DNA from: Acutalibacteraceae bacterium
Lineage (GTDB): Bacteria > Bacillota > Clostridia > Oscillospirales > Acutalibacteraceae
Length of the DNA stretch: 63,334 nt
Assembly: GCA_045658745.1 (NCBI GenBank)
Contig: JAZOVO010000094.1
Location: 1 to 63,334, forward strand
Reading direction: 5' to 3'
The first letter of the stretch is position 1. Each line of letters opens with the position of its first letter. A program made the position numbers and the translations under genes. The notes beneath the pieces are model-generated. The model was not told the DNA's origin. It saw only the letters and a program-made list of their open reading frames with translations, and did not search any database. Of the stretch, positions 1-8,555 are shown piece after piece.

Positions 1-942
1 CTTTACAATGAAAACGCAGACGTTTATTGCTTCTCTACATATATATTTAATGTGGATTATGTTTTGCGTTTGGTTAAAAGTCTTAAAAAATTAAAATCGG
101 ATTCCGTAATAATATTGGGCGGCCCTGAAGTCTCATACGAAAACGAGAAAATTTTAAGGGATAACCCGCATATAGATTTTATTTCCTGCGGCGAGGGCGA
201 AATTTCTTTGACGGCATTGGTGAATTCTCTGGACAAGTCTCCCCTTCTTTCAAAAGAAAAGGTTTTTATTTTCAAAAAGATAAAGCTCGATTTTTTGTGG
301 ATGAAGGATTTCTTAAAAATCGGTGGTGTATCAGGCACAGAATCCCTCGTGCGAAACCTTGCTTATATGATAATGATTTCACGAATGGTAAATGTGGTAG
401 GTGAACAGGGTACATATTGGGTCGCCAATAATTTTATTTGGGGTTGGTTGCTTTTGCCCGTATTACAATTGGGTGAACTCATAAAGCAAGAGATTGCAAC
501 CGATAAAGACAATATCAGCAAAAAATCAACAGGGTATTTCTCTGTCACTGCAATAATTTCTGCATTGTGGTTTATCAGTATACCGCTCTGGAAGCCGTTT
601 ATGACAAATATTTTAGGCTTTGGCGATGTAGATAAATTGTTTAATCTTGTTCTGATGCTTGTTGGCTTTTATGTTTTATATGCTTTTCAGAATGTTTTCG
701 ACTCCACATTCTATGGGCTCGGCAAAACAAACTATATGCTGTTTGAATCAATTGTAACCAACAGTATTTATTACGGTATTGCTTTTGTTCTTTACATAAC
801 AAATCTGTGGACTCCTACATTAACGGGAATAGCATTACTGTTTGGCATAGGCAACGCTTTTGACAGTATAGTTTCATTTGTGGCATATATTTATTTGTTA
901 AGGAAAGAAAAAATAACTGTAATTAAGGCAAAAGCGGAGTGA
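1..942 (+). pseudogene. Chimeric/degenerate ORF: B12-binding radical-SAM N-terminal fragment (open at window edge) fused in frame to the C-terminal half of a MATE-like membrane protein
   Basis: Frame 1 is open from nt 1. The first ~75 aa (VIILGGPEVSYENEKILRDNPHIDFISCGEGE) resemble the B12-binding domain of class-B radical SAM enzymes, but no CxxxCxxC core follows. From ~aa 95 the ORF is a polytopic membrane protein resembling TM7-12 of MATE exporters. Visibly more AT-rich than flanking genes. Confidence 0.4.
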
Positions 943-957
943 TTTCATCTCGGTCAT

Positions 958-985
958 TTGCAATTCAAAAAATTCATGCTATAAT
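958..985 (+). promoter_or_regulatory. sigma-A-type promoter of ung
   Basis: TTGCAA (958-963), 16-nt spacer, TATAAT (980-985) preceded by TGC (extended -10). Lies just upstream of the ung RBS AAAGGAGG. Confidence 0.6.
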
Positions 986-1010
986 ATAAAAAAACAAAGG
1001 AGGTCTTTAA

Positions 1011-1670
1011 ATGGTACACATCGGTAACGACTGGGACGAAATCCTCGCAGACGAGTGGGCAAAGCCCTACTATCAGAATTTGCGTAAGTTCCTTAAGGCG
1101 GAGTATTCCACACAGAGGATATACCCTCATATGAATGATATTTTCAACGCCCTTAAGTATACCTCCTTTGAAAACACAAAGGTAGTAATTATCGGTCAGG
1201 ACCCTTACCACGGGGCGGGTCAGGCACACGGACTGTGCTTTAGTGTAAAGCAGGGTGTAATGTTTCCGCCCTCACTCAGGAATATTTTCAAGGAGCTTAA
1301 TGCGGATATCGGAAAGCCGATACCTGCTCACGGTGAGCTTACCGAGTGGGCGAAGCAGGGGGTACTGCTCCTTAATAACGTGCTGACGGTAAGGGAAGGA
1401 CAGCCGACGAGCCACGCGAAAATGGGTTGGGAGATTTTTACCGACAGGGTGATAAGTGAGCTTAACAGAAAGGAAGAGCCGATTGTTTTTCTCCTTTGGG
1501 GCGCTCACGCGCAGAAGAAGGCGGAGATTATAACTAATCCGAGGCATTACAAGCTGATGACGGTGCATCCGAGTCCGCTTTCGGCGTCGAGGGGATTTTT
1601 CGGTTGCAGGCATTTTTCGAAGGCGAATGAGATTTTAAAGCAAAACGGACTTGAAGAGATAGAATGGTAA
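1011..1670 (+). CDS. ung: Uracil-DNA glycosylase (family 1)
   Basis: 219 aa with family-1 UDG motifs GQDPYHG and HPSPLSA. RBS AAAGGAGG upstream of the ATG. Confidence 0.95.
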   Translation: MVHIGNDWDEILADEWAKPYYQNLRKFLKAEYSTQRIYPHMNDIFNALKYTSFENTKVVIIGQDPYHGAGQAHGLCFSVKQGVMFPPSLRNIFKELNADIGKPIPAHGELTEWAKQGVLLLNNVLTVREGQPTSHAKMGWEIFTDRVISELNRKEEPIVFLLWGAHAQKKAEIITNPRHYKLMTVHPSPLSASRGFFGCRHFSKANEILKQNGLEEIEW

Positions 1671-1676
1671 AAAGCT

Positions 1677-1730
1677 AAAGTTCTTTTGGTTACTTTTCTT
1701 TCAAGAAAAGTAACGGCACGCGCCGAGCGA
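1677..1730 (+). repeat. Stop-proximal element type A (SPE-A): AAAGTTCTTTTGG + hairpin + CGCC..GGCGAGCGA
   Basis: Starts 7 nt after the ung stop, sense to ung. Hairpin GGTTACTTTTCTT/AAGAAAAGTAAC. Confidence 0.85.
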
Positions 1731-1751
1731 CAAATAAATATAATAAAAAAT

Positions 1752-1788
1752 AAAGTTCACGGAATTTATTTTTTTCCGTGAACTTTTA
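1752..1788. terminator. Bidirectional intrinsic terminator hairpin between ung and serA
   Basis: AAAGTTCACGGAA / TTCCGTGAACTTT 13-bp stem with an A-run upstream and T-run downstream. Centred between two inverted SPE-A copies. Confidence 0.6.
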
Positions 1789-1808
1789 TGTTGATAGAAT
1801 TTGTTTAA

Positions 1809-1858
1809 TGACCTCGCCGGTCGGGCGTTCTTTCTTGTAAGAAAGAACCAAAGAACTT
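1809..1858 (-). repeat. SPE-A copy (variant ending CGCCCGACCGGCGAGGTC)
   Basis: Ends 10 nt after the serA stop (minus strand), sense to serA. Hairpin GGTTCTTTCTT/AAGAAAGAACC. Confidence 0.85.
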
Positions 1859-1868
1859 TACTTGTTTT

Positions 1869-3029
1869 TTAATCAACCTTGATTATTCTGATAATGTTCT
1901 CAATCTCCGAAATCTTCTCAATCAGCTTGTCACTCGCATGCTCGGGTGTATCAATAATCGTACAAGCATAATTACCCCTTGAACGGTTTGCCATATTGTC
2001 AATGTTGATACCCTCAGCGGAAATGTGAGTAGTAATCGAGCTTAAAATGTTGGGCACATTCTTGTGAAGAATGAGAAGTCTGCCGCCTTCAGCAGTGCGG
2101 GGCATTGAAATTGAGGGGTAGTTTACGCTGTTTGTGATGTTGCCGTTCTGAAGGAAATCGTCAAGCTGATGAACAGCCATAACTGCACAGTTGTCCTCGG
2201 ATTCGGCAGTTGATGCGCCAAGGTGGGGGATTGCAATTGCGTTTTTGCAGGTCTTGATTTCCTCGTTGGGGAAGTCGGTAACATAAGCGCTTACCTTACC
2301 GCTTTCAAGAGCCTCTCTGAGGTCGTCAAAGTTTACAAGGTCAGCACGGGAAAGGTTGATAATCTTTACGCCGTCCTTCATCTTTGCAATGCTTTCCTTG
2401 TTGATCATACCCTTTGTGTCCTTTGTTGCGGGAATGTGAAGGGTGATATAGTCAGCGTTTTCGTAAATTTCGTCATAGGTTGCTGCCTTGTTGATTGACC
2501 TTGAAAGGTGCCATGCAGCCTCAATAGTGATAAAGGGGTCGCAGCCGATAACCTTCATGCCGAGGCTTTTTGCGGAGTTTGCAACCATACCGCCGATTGC
2601 GCCATGTCCGATAACGCCGAGGGTCTTGCCGAGAATTTCGCAGCCGCCGAAGGCGCTCTTGCCCTTTTCAACCTGCTTTGCAATGTCCTCTTCGAGGGTC
2701 TTTGCCCATTCAATACCGCCTACGATGTTTCTTGAAGCAAGCAGAAGAGCGGCGATTGTAAGCTCCTTAACGCCGTTTGCGTTTGCGCCGGGTGTGTTGA
2801 AAACAACAATGCCCTGCTCTGCACAACGGTCAACGGGGATGTTGTTAACGCCCGCACCGCAGCGCACAATTGCGGTCAGCTTGTAGCCGAAGTCCATTGC
2901 ATTAAGGTTAGCCGAGCGCACAAGGATAGCGTCGGGATTTTCTGCTGTATCTGAAATAGCGTATTTGTTTCTGTCAAGCTCGTTGAGTCCGACAGGTGCA
3001 ATTTTGTTCATTGTCTGGATAATTTTCAT
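1869..3029 (-). CDS. serA: D-3-phosphoglycerate dehydrogenase with C-terminal ACT domain
   Basis: 386 aa from ATG 3029 (RBS GAGGAG); the TTG at 3050 in the ORF track is less likely. D-2-hydroxyacid dehydrogenase fold, NAD motif GVIGHGAIGG, ACT-like C-terminus. Adjacent to serC. Confidence 0.9.
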   Translation of the reverse strand: MKIIQTMNKIAPVGLNELDRNKYAISDTAENPDAILVRSANLNAMDFGYKLTAIVRCGAGVNNIPVDRCAEQGIVVFNTPGANANGVKELTIAALLLASRNIVGGIEWAKTLEEDIAKQVEKGKSAFGGCEILGKTLGVIGHGAIGGMVANSAKSLGMKVIGCDPFITIEAAWHLSRSINKAATYDEIYENADYITLHIPATKDTKGMINKESIAKMKDGVKIINLSRADLVNFDDLREALESGKVSAYVTDFPNEEIKTCKNAIAIPHLGASTAESEDNCAVMAVHQLDDFLQNGNITNSVNYPSISMPRTAEGGRLLILHKNVPNILSSITTHISAEGINIDNMANRSRGNYACTIIDTPEHASDKLIEKISEIENIIRIIKVD

Positions 3030-3062
3030 CTCGTAATCTCCTCTATCCAAAGTCTTATTGTG

Positions 3063-4151
3063 TTATGCCTTGGGATTTTCCTCGGCGAATTTTTTCATAA
3101 AGGCTACAAGTGCCTCAACGCCCTCGTAGGGCATAGCGTTGTAGATTGAAGCTCTCATACCGCCTACGCTGCGGTGACCCTTAAGGTTCTTGAGTCCTGC
3201 GGCGGAAGCCTCTGAGGCAAACTTTTTATCAAGGTCTGCATCGCCTGTAACGAAGGTGACGTTCATCATTGAACGGCTTTCCTTTGCTACGGGAGCAAGG
3301 TAGTAGTCCTGACTGTCAAGGTAATCGTAAAGAAGAGCCGCCTTTTTCTCGTTGAGCTTCTTCATCTCCTTAAGACCGCCGAGCTCCTTTATCCACTCGT
3401 AAACGAGCTTTGCAACATAAATGCAGTAGCAGGGGGGAGTGTTGTACATTGAGTCGTTGTCTGCCATAAGCTTGTAGTCAAGCATTGCGGGAGTCTTTTC
3501 GTCGGCGTTGCCGATGAGGTCCTCGCGTACAATTACGAGGGTAAGACCTGCGGGAGCCATATTCTTCTGTGCACCTGCGTAGATGAGACCGAACCTGCTT
3601 ACGTCAACGGGCTCGGAGATGATGCAGGATGACATATCGGCAACAAGGGGGATATCACCTGTATCGGGGATATAGCCAAACTTTGTGCCGTAGATTGTGT
3701 TGTTGAAGCAGATATGAACATAGTCAGCGTCAGGTCTGAAGGAGTCTCTTGTTGTCTCGGGGATAACGGAGAAGTTTACATCCTTGCCCGAAGCGGCGGC
3801 AACAACGTCGCCGTACTTCTGTGCTTCCTTGTATGCCTTTGTGGAGAACTGACCTGAAAGAATGTAGTCAGCTTTCTTGTTCTTGTTCATAAGGTTGAGA
3901 GGTACTGCCGCAAACTGTGTTGATGCACCGCCCTGGAGGAAAAGCACCTTGTAGTTGTCGGGGATTTCCATAATCTCGCGAAGGAGTGCCTCGGCCTCCT
4001 TGATGATTGCATCGTACTCGGGAGAGCGGTGGCTCATTTCCATTACGGACATGCCGCTGTCACCGTAGCAGTACATTTCCTCTGCTGCTTTATTGAGAAC
4101 CTTAACGGGAAGCATTGAAGGTCCTGCTGAAAAGTTAAATACTCGTTTCAT
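3063..4151 (-). CDS. serC: Phosphoserine aminotransferase
   Basis: 362 aa from ATG 4151 (RBS GAGGTG). The N-terminal FNFSAGPSMLP is typical of SerC. Located upstream of serA on the same strand. Confidence 0.9.
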   Translation of the reverse strand: MKRVFNFSAGPSMLPVKVLNKAAEEMYCYGDSGMSVMEMSHRSPEYDAIIKEAEALLREIMEIPDNYKVLFLQGGASTQFAAVPLNLMNKNKKADYILSGQFSTKAYKEAQKYGDVVAAASGKDVNFSVIPETTRDSFRPDADYVHICFNNTIYGTKFGYIPDTGDIPLVADMSSCIISEPVDVSRFGLIYAGAQKNMAPAGLTLVIVREDLIGNADEKTPAMLDYKLMADNDSMYNTPPCYCIYVAKLVYEWIKELGGLKEMKKLNEKKAALLYDYLDSQDYYLAPVAKESRSMMNVTFVTGDADLDKKFASEASAAGLKNLKGHRSVGGMRASIYNAMPYEGVEALVAFMKKFAEENPKA

Positions 4152-4349
4152 TTTAAATTCACCTCGTGAAAAATAATATACCAATTATTATACGTTTAAT
4201 ATTGAAATATGTCAATAAAAACAAGGGAAGAGTAATACTTTTTGTGAACATCTCACAGAAACCTTTGTGTAATTTTAAAGTAATAAAGCGCCCGTATTGA
4301 CATATTTTACCGCTTGTAGTTTAATTATAGGGAAAGGATGTGATTTGCC

Positions 4350-4922
4350 GTGACGGAAAATACTGTTATCGATCTTGCAAAGCGGATAAAAGAAGCCGCT
4401 GAAAAAAAGGAAATATTCATCGTCGCCGTTGACGGCAGATGCGCCTCGGGTAAGACTACCCTCGCAGGGGCACTTTCGGAGAGGCTTGGCTGCGACGTTA
4501 TACACACCGATGATTTTTATCTTCAGTCGCATCAGAGAACCGAAGAAAGATATGCCGAGCCCGGCGGAAACCTCGACCGCGAGAGGCTGATAAGTGAGGT
4601 GCTTCAGCCTTTAAGAAGGGGTGCTGGGGCTTCTTACTGCCCCTTTATATGCAGAACGATGAGCTTTGGTGAAAAAATTCACCTTAAGTCAAAGGGTATA
4701 TACATTGTTGAGGGAAGCTATTCCTGCCACCCCGACCTGAGAAAGAATTATGACATGACGGTGTTTGTGACAACGGACAGTCAGACGCAAAAAGAGCGTA
4801 TAAAAAACCGCAACGGTATGGAGCGGCTTCACGATTTCCTCACGAAATGGATACCCCTTGAGGAGAAATATTTTGCCGCCTTTGATGTTGAGAATAAGGC
4901 GGATGCGGTGATTATCAGTTAG
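4350..4922 (+). CDS. P-loop nucleoside/uridine kinase-like protein
   Basis: 190 aa, GTG start. Walker A DGRCASGKTT followed by HTDDFYL, as in uridine kinase-family proteins. Confidence 0.6.
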   Translation: MTENTVIDLAKRIKEAAEKKEIFIVAVDGRCASGKTTLAGALSERLGCDVIHTDDFYLQSHQRTEERYAEPGGNLDRERLISEVLQPLRRGAGASYCPFICRTMSFGEKIHLKSKGIYIVEGSYSCHPDLRKNYDMTVFVTTDSQTQKERIKNRNGMERLHDFLTKWIPLEEKYFAAFDVENKADAVIIS

Positions 4923-4943
4923 GGATTTGTAATAGTGATGTCG

Positions 4944-5016
4944 ACCCCTCAGACGGCTTTGCCGTCGGCTCCCCTTTCAGGGGAGCTGACAAAATCTTTG
5001 ATTTTGACTGAGGGGT
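4944..5016. repeat. Multi-hairpin (cloverleaf-like) intergenic module
   Basis: Outer stem ACCCCTCAG/CTGAGGGGT encloses three hairpins: ACGGC-TTTG-CCGT, GCTCCCC-TTTC-AGGGGAGC and CAAAATC-TTTG-ATTTTG. Related modules at 31651, 55779 and 60463. Confidence 0.75.
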
Positions 5017-5020
5017 TTAC

Positions 5021-5049
5021 TTGACTTATCCCTTAAATTATAATATAAT
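5021..5049 (+). promoter_or_regulatory. sigma-A-type promoter of the metY-like gene
   Basis: TTGACT (5021-5026), 17-nt spacer, TATAAT (5044-5049). Confidence 0.6.
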
Positions 5050-5108
5050 AAAAAGCTATAAAGATGTTAAATCTCACAGATAAAATATATGAGAAAGAGG
5101 CTGATAAA

Positions 5109-6392
5109 ATGAGCGATTACAGACCCGCCACAAAGTGCATACATTCAGGCTATGCTCCCAAAAACGGTGAGCCCAGACAGCTCCCGATTTACCAGAGTAC
5201 GACCTATAAATACGATTCAAGCGTTGAAATGGGTAAGCTTTTTGACCTTGAGGCTTCGGGCTATTTCTACACCCGTCTGCAGAACCCGACAAACGATGCA
5301 GTTGCCGCAAAAATTGCAGACCTTGAGGGAGGTGTTGCCGCTGTGCTTACATCCTCAGGTCAGGCTGCAAACTTCTTTGCAATCTTCAACATCTGTAATG
5401 CAGGTGACCATGTTGTTGCTTCAAGTGCAATTTACGGCGGTACCTTCAACCTTTTCAATGTTACTCTCCGTAAGCTCGGAATTGAGTTTACCTTCGTAAC
5501 TCCCGACTGCTCAGAGGAGGAGCTCAACGCCGCATTCAGAGAAAACACAAAGGCTGTTTTCGGTGAAACTCTTTCAAATCCCTCACTTCAGGTGCTTGAT
5601 ATTGAAAAGTTTGCAAATGCCGCTCACTCACACGGTGTTCCTCTTATCGTGGATAACACCTTCCCCACACCCATCAACTGTCAGGCATTCAAGTACGGCG
5701 TTGACATTATCACCCACTCCACCACAAAGTATATGGACGGACACGCTACTCAGGTCGGCGGTGTAATTGTTGACAGCGGTAACTTTGACTGGACAAAGAG
5801 TGACAAGTATCCCGGCCTTACAACTCCCGACGACAGCTACCACGGCATTACATATACCGAGCGCTTTGGTAAGGGTGCTTACATAACAAAGTGTGTTGTT
5901 CAGCTTATGCGCGACCTCGGCTCAATCCCCGGTCCCCAGAACGCATTTTTACTCAACCTCGGTCTTGAAACACTTGCACTTCGTATGGAGAGACATTGTG
6001 AGAATGCTCTCAAGGTTGCGAAGTATCTTGAGCAGAGTGACCTTGTTTCCTGGGTATCCTTCCCCGGACTTGAAAGCGATCCCCAGTACGAAATTGCAAA
6101 GAAATATATGCCCAACGGCACCTGCGGTGTTGTTTCCTTCGGCGTAAAGGGCGGCAGAGAGGCTGCAACAAAGTTTATGGATTCACTTAAGCTTGCATCC
6201 ATTGTTACCCACGTTGCAGATGCGAAAACCTGCTGTCTCCATCCTGCATCAACAACTCACCGTCAGCTTACCGAGGAGCAGCTTAACGACTGCGGTGTAA
6301 AGAGCGACCTTATCCGTCTTTCAGTCGGCATTGAGGATGCAGAGGACATTATTGCTGATATTGAACAGGCACTTATAGAAGCTACAAAATAA
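5109..6392 (+). CDS. metY: O-acetylhomoserine sulfhydrylase (Cys/Met-metabolism PLP enzyme)
   Basis: 427 aa from ATG 5109 (RBS AGAGG). PLP-lysine motif HSTTKYMDGH and overall length are typical of OAH/OAS sulfhydrylases. Confidence 0.85.
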   Translation: MSDYRPATKCIHSGYAPKNGEPRQLPIYQSTTYKYDSSVEMGKLFDLEASGYFYTRLQNPTNDAVAAKIADLEGGVAAVLTSSGQAANFFAIFNICNAGDHVVASSAIYGGTFNLFNVTLRKLGIEFTFVTPDCSEEELNAAFRENTKAVFGETLSNPSLQVLDIEKFANAAHSHGVPLIVDNTFPTPINCQAFKYGVDIITHSTTKYMDGHATQVGGVIVDSGNFDWTKSDKYPGLTTPDDSYHGITYTERFGKGAYITKCVVQLMRDLGSIPGPQNAFLLNLGLETLALRMERHCENALKVAKYLEQSDLVSWVSFPGLESDPQYEIAKKYMPNGTCGVVSFGVKGGREAATKFMDSLKLASIVTHVADAKTCCLHPASTTHRQLTEEQLNDCGVKSDLIRLSVGIEDAEDIIADIEQALIEATK

Positions 6393-6404
6393 AAGAGGTA
6401 TATT

Positions 6405-7499
6405 ATGAAATTAGGTATAGTAGGCTTGCCCAACGTAGGCAAGAGCACACTTTTTAACGCAATCACAAATGCGGGTGCACAGTCCGCAAACTACGCTTTC
6501 TGTACAATTGAGCCCAATGTGGGAGTTGTTGCAGTTCCCGATGAAAGACTTGATAAGCTTCGCGAAATGTACAACCCTGTAAAGTTCACTCCTGCAACAA
6601 TTGAATTCGTTGACATTGCAGGTCTCGTAAAGGGCGCTTCAAAGGGTGAAGGTCTCGGCAACAAGTTCCTTTCACACATCCGTGAGGTTGACGCTATCAT
6701 TCACGTTGTACGTTGCTTTGAGGATGACGACATTATCCACGTTGACGGCAATGTAAATGCAAAAAGAGACATTGAAACCATCAACCTTGAGCTTATCCTT
6801 TCCGATATGGAAATGATTGACAGAAGAATTGACAGAACAACAAAGGCGATGAAGGGTGACAAGAGTCTTGCCGCAGAGGTTGAATTCCTCAAGAGAGTCA
6901 AGGAAGCACTCGAAAACGAGAAGCCTGCAAGAAGCGTTGAATGCACCGACGAGGAAAAGGCAATGCTTTCAGAGGTTGCGCTTCTTACCTCAAAGCCCGT
7001 TATTTACGCTTGTAATATGAGCGAGGCAGACTTTGTTTCAGGTATTGACACAAACGAGAACTATCAGGCTGTCAAGGAAATTGCGGCGGCTGAGGGCGCT
7101 CAGGTGCTTCCCATCTGTGCAGGACTTGAGGCTGAAATTTCTTCTCTTTCCGATGAGGACAAGGAGATGTTCCTTGCAGACCTCGGCGTTGAGTCAAGCG
7201 GTCTTGATCTTCTTATTCAGCGCAGCTACGACCTTCTCGGTCTTATTTCCTACCTTACTGCAGGTCAGCCCGAGGTAAGAGCCTGGACTATCAAAAAGGG
7301 TACAAAGGCTCCTCAGGCGGCAGGTAAGATTCACTCCGACTTTGAAAGAGGCTTTATCCGTGCAGAGGTTGTTTCCTTTGAAAACCTTATGGCTTGCGGT
7401 ACTCTTGCGGCGGCAAAGGAAAAGGGCCTTGTCAAGAGTGAAGGCAAGGAATATGTGATGAAGGACGGCGACATTGTACATTTCCTGTTCAATGTGTAA
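6405..7499 (+). CDS. ychF: Ribosome-binding ATPase YchF
   Basis: 364 aa. G1 motif [16 protein letters not shown]-like C-terminus, canonical YchF length. Confidence 0.95.
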   Translation: MKLGIVGLPNVGKSTLFNAITNAGAQSANYAFCTIEPNVGVVAVPDERLDKLREMYNPVKFTPATIEFVDIAGLVKGASKGEGLGNKFLSHIREVDAIIHVVRCFEDDDIIHVDGNVNAKRDIETINLELILSDMEMIDRRIDRTTKAMKGDKSLAAEVEFLKRVKEALENEKPARSVECTDEEKAMLSEVALLTSKPVIYACNMSEADFVSGIDTNENYQAVKEIAAAEGAQVLPICAGLEAEISSLSDEDKEMFLADLGVESSGLDLLIQRSYDLLGLISYLTAGQPEVRAWTIKKGTKAPQAAGKIHSDFERGFIRAEVVSFENLMACGTLAAAKEKGLVKSEGKEYVMKDGDIVHFLFNV

Positions 7500-7504
7500 A
7501 ATGT

Positions 7505-7558
7505 AAAGTTCTTTTGGTTACTTTTCTTTCAAGAAAAGTAACGGCACGCGCCGAGCGA
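7505..7558 (+). repeat. SPE-A copy
   Basis: Starts 6 nt after the ychF stop, sense orientation. Nearly identical to the copy at 1677. Confidence 0.85.
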
Positions 7559-7569
7559 TAAAACAAATA

Positions 7570-7605
7570 AAAAACACCGCTTTGTTAAACAAGGCGGTGT
7601 TTTTG
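7570..7605. terminator. Bidirectional intrinsic terminator (ACACCG..CGGTGT module)
   Basis: AAAAACACCGC...GCGGTGTTTTT. Related hairpins occur at 24514, 37875 and 56262. Confidence 0.7.
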
Positions 7606-7616
7606 CATAATTGCAT

Positions 7617-7752
7617 TGTAGCGCCGCCCAATGGGCGGCTATGTGAGAGATGTGTTTACCTGAGCCGACCATTGGTCGGCACTACATTTTGTTCCTGTCG
7701 GTGCGAACTTATTGCGTAGGGGACGCCTCGCGTGGCGTCCCCTGACTGCTTT
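7617..7752. repeat. Cluster of GTAG/CTAC-flanked REP-like hairpins
   Basis: TGTAG-CGCCGCCC-AATG-GGCGGC, GCCGACC-ATTG-GTCGGC-ACTACA and AGGGGACGCC-TCGCG-TGGCGTCCCCT. The outer TGTAGCGCC/GGCACTACA segments pair. Confidence 0.65.
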
Positions 7753-7953
7753 TTATTCTTCAACAAACTCTGCAATATCTTCAAGCCTGCATTTCAGTAC
7801 TGTGCAAAGCTTATCAAGAGTTTTAGTTTCCATATTTTCGTTTGCTTTTAATCTGCGGATTGTTTTACTGTCTATTCCGCTTTTTTCTCTTAAATAATAT
7901 GTGGAAATGTTTTTCTTTTCCATTGTTTCCCACAGCTTGTCATATTTAATCAT
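7753..7953 (-). CDS. XRE-family helix-turn-helix regulator
   Basis: 66 aa, HTH_3-like core NISTYYLREKSGIDSKTIRRLKANE. Divergent from the DUF1273 gene. Confidence 0.8.
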   Translation of the reverse strand: MIKYDKLWETMEKKNISTYYLREKSGIDSKTIRRLKANENMETKTLDKLCTVLKCRLEDIAEFVEE

Positions 7954-8005
7954 ATAATCACCCCTTGACTCTTTATATTATGGGGGTTATAATCTTAAAT
8001 ATTAA

Positions 8006-8020
8006 GGGGATATAATCCCC
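8006..8020. promoter_or_regulatory. Palindromic candidate operator in the XRE/DUF1273 divergent region
   Basis: GGGGAT-ATA-ATCCCC perfect inverted repeat overlapping a TATAAT. A related half-site, GGGGGTTATAATC, lies at 7982. Confidence 0.4.
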
Positions 8021-8035
8021 ATATGAGGTGATTAT

Positions 8036-8449
8036 ATGACTTGTACCTTTTTCGGTCACAGAGATACACCCGATAAAGTAGAAGCGCAGCTCAAAGCCGT
8101 GCTTGTTGAGCTTATAGAAAACGAAAAAGCCGATTTGTTTTTAGTAGGAAATAACGGGCGGTTTGATGCTATGGTGTACCGACTGCTCAGAACCTTGTCA
8201 GAGCAATATAAGATTAAGTATTATGTTGTTTCGGCTTATATAAATGAAAAAAATCACTATGAAAATTTAATTGTTGCAGACGGTTGTGAAACAGTGCCGC
8301 CGCGATTCGCAATACTGTACCGTAACAAGTGGATGCTCCGACGGGCTGATACAGTTATTACGTTTGTAGAGCATCCGTCGTCGGGCGCAGGCAAACTGAA
8401 AGCCCTTGCAGAAAAGCAGGGCAAAAGAGTTATAAACATATCAACTTGA
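8036..8449 (+). CDS. DUF1273 / SLOG-fold family protein (YoqJ-like)
   Basis: 137 aa. N-terminal TFFGHRD and LVGNNGRFD motifs are typical of DUF1273. RBS GAGGTG. Confidence 0.7.
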   Translation: MTCTFFGHRDTPDKVEAQLKAVLVELIENEKADLFLVGNNGRFDAMVYRLLRTLSEQYKIKYYVVSAYINEKNHYENLIVADGCETVPPRFAILYRNKWMLRRADTVITFVEHPSSGAGKLKALAEKQGKRVINIST

Positions 8450-8496
8450 AAAATACCGCCAAGGCTCTGCAAACCTTGACGGTAAAATTTATTTCA

Positions 8497-8550
8497 TCGC
8501 TCGCCGCGGGGCGTTACTTTTCTTGAAAGAAAAGTAACCAAAAGAACTTT
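8497..8550 (-). repeat. SPE-A copy
   Basis: Ends 5 nt from the stop of the minus-strand gene 8556-9095, sense to it. Confidence 0.85.
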
Positions 8551-8555
8551 AGCTT

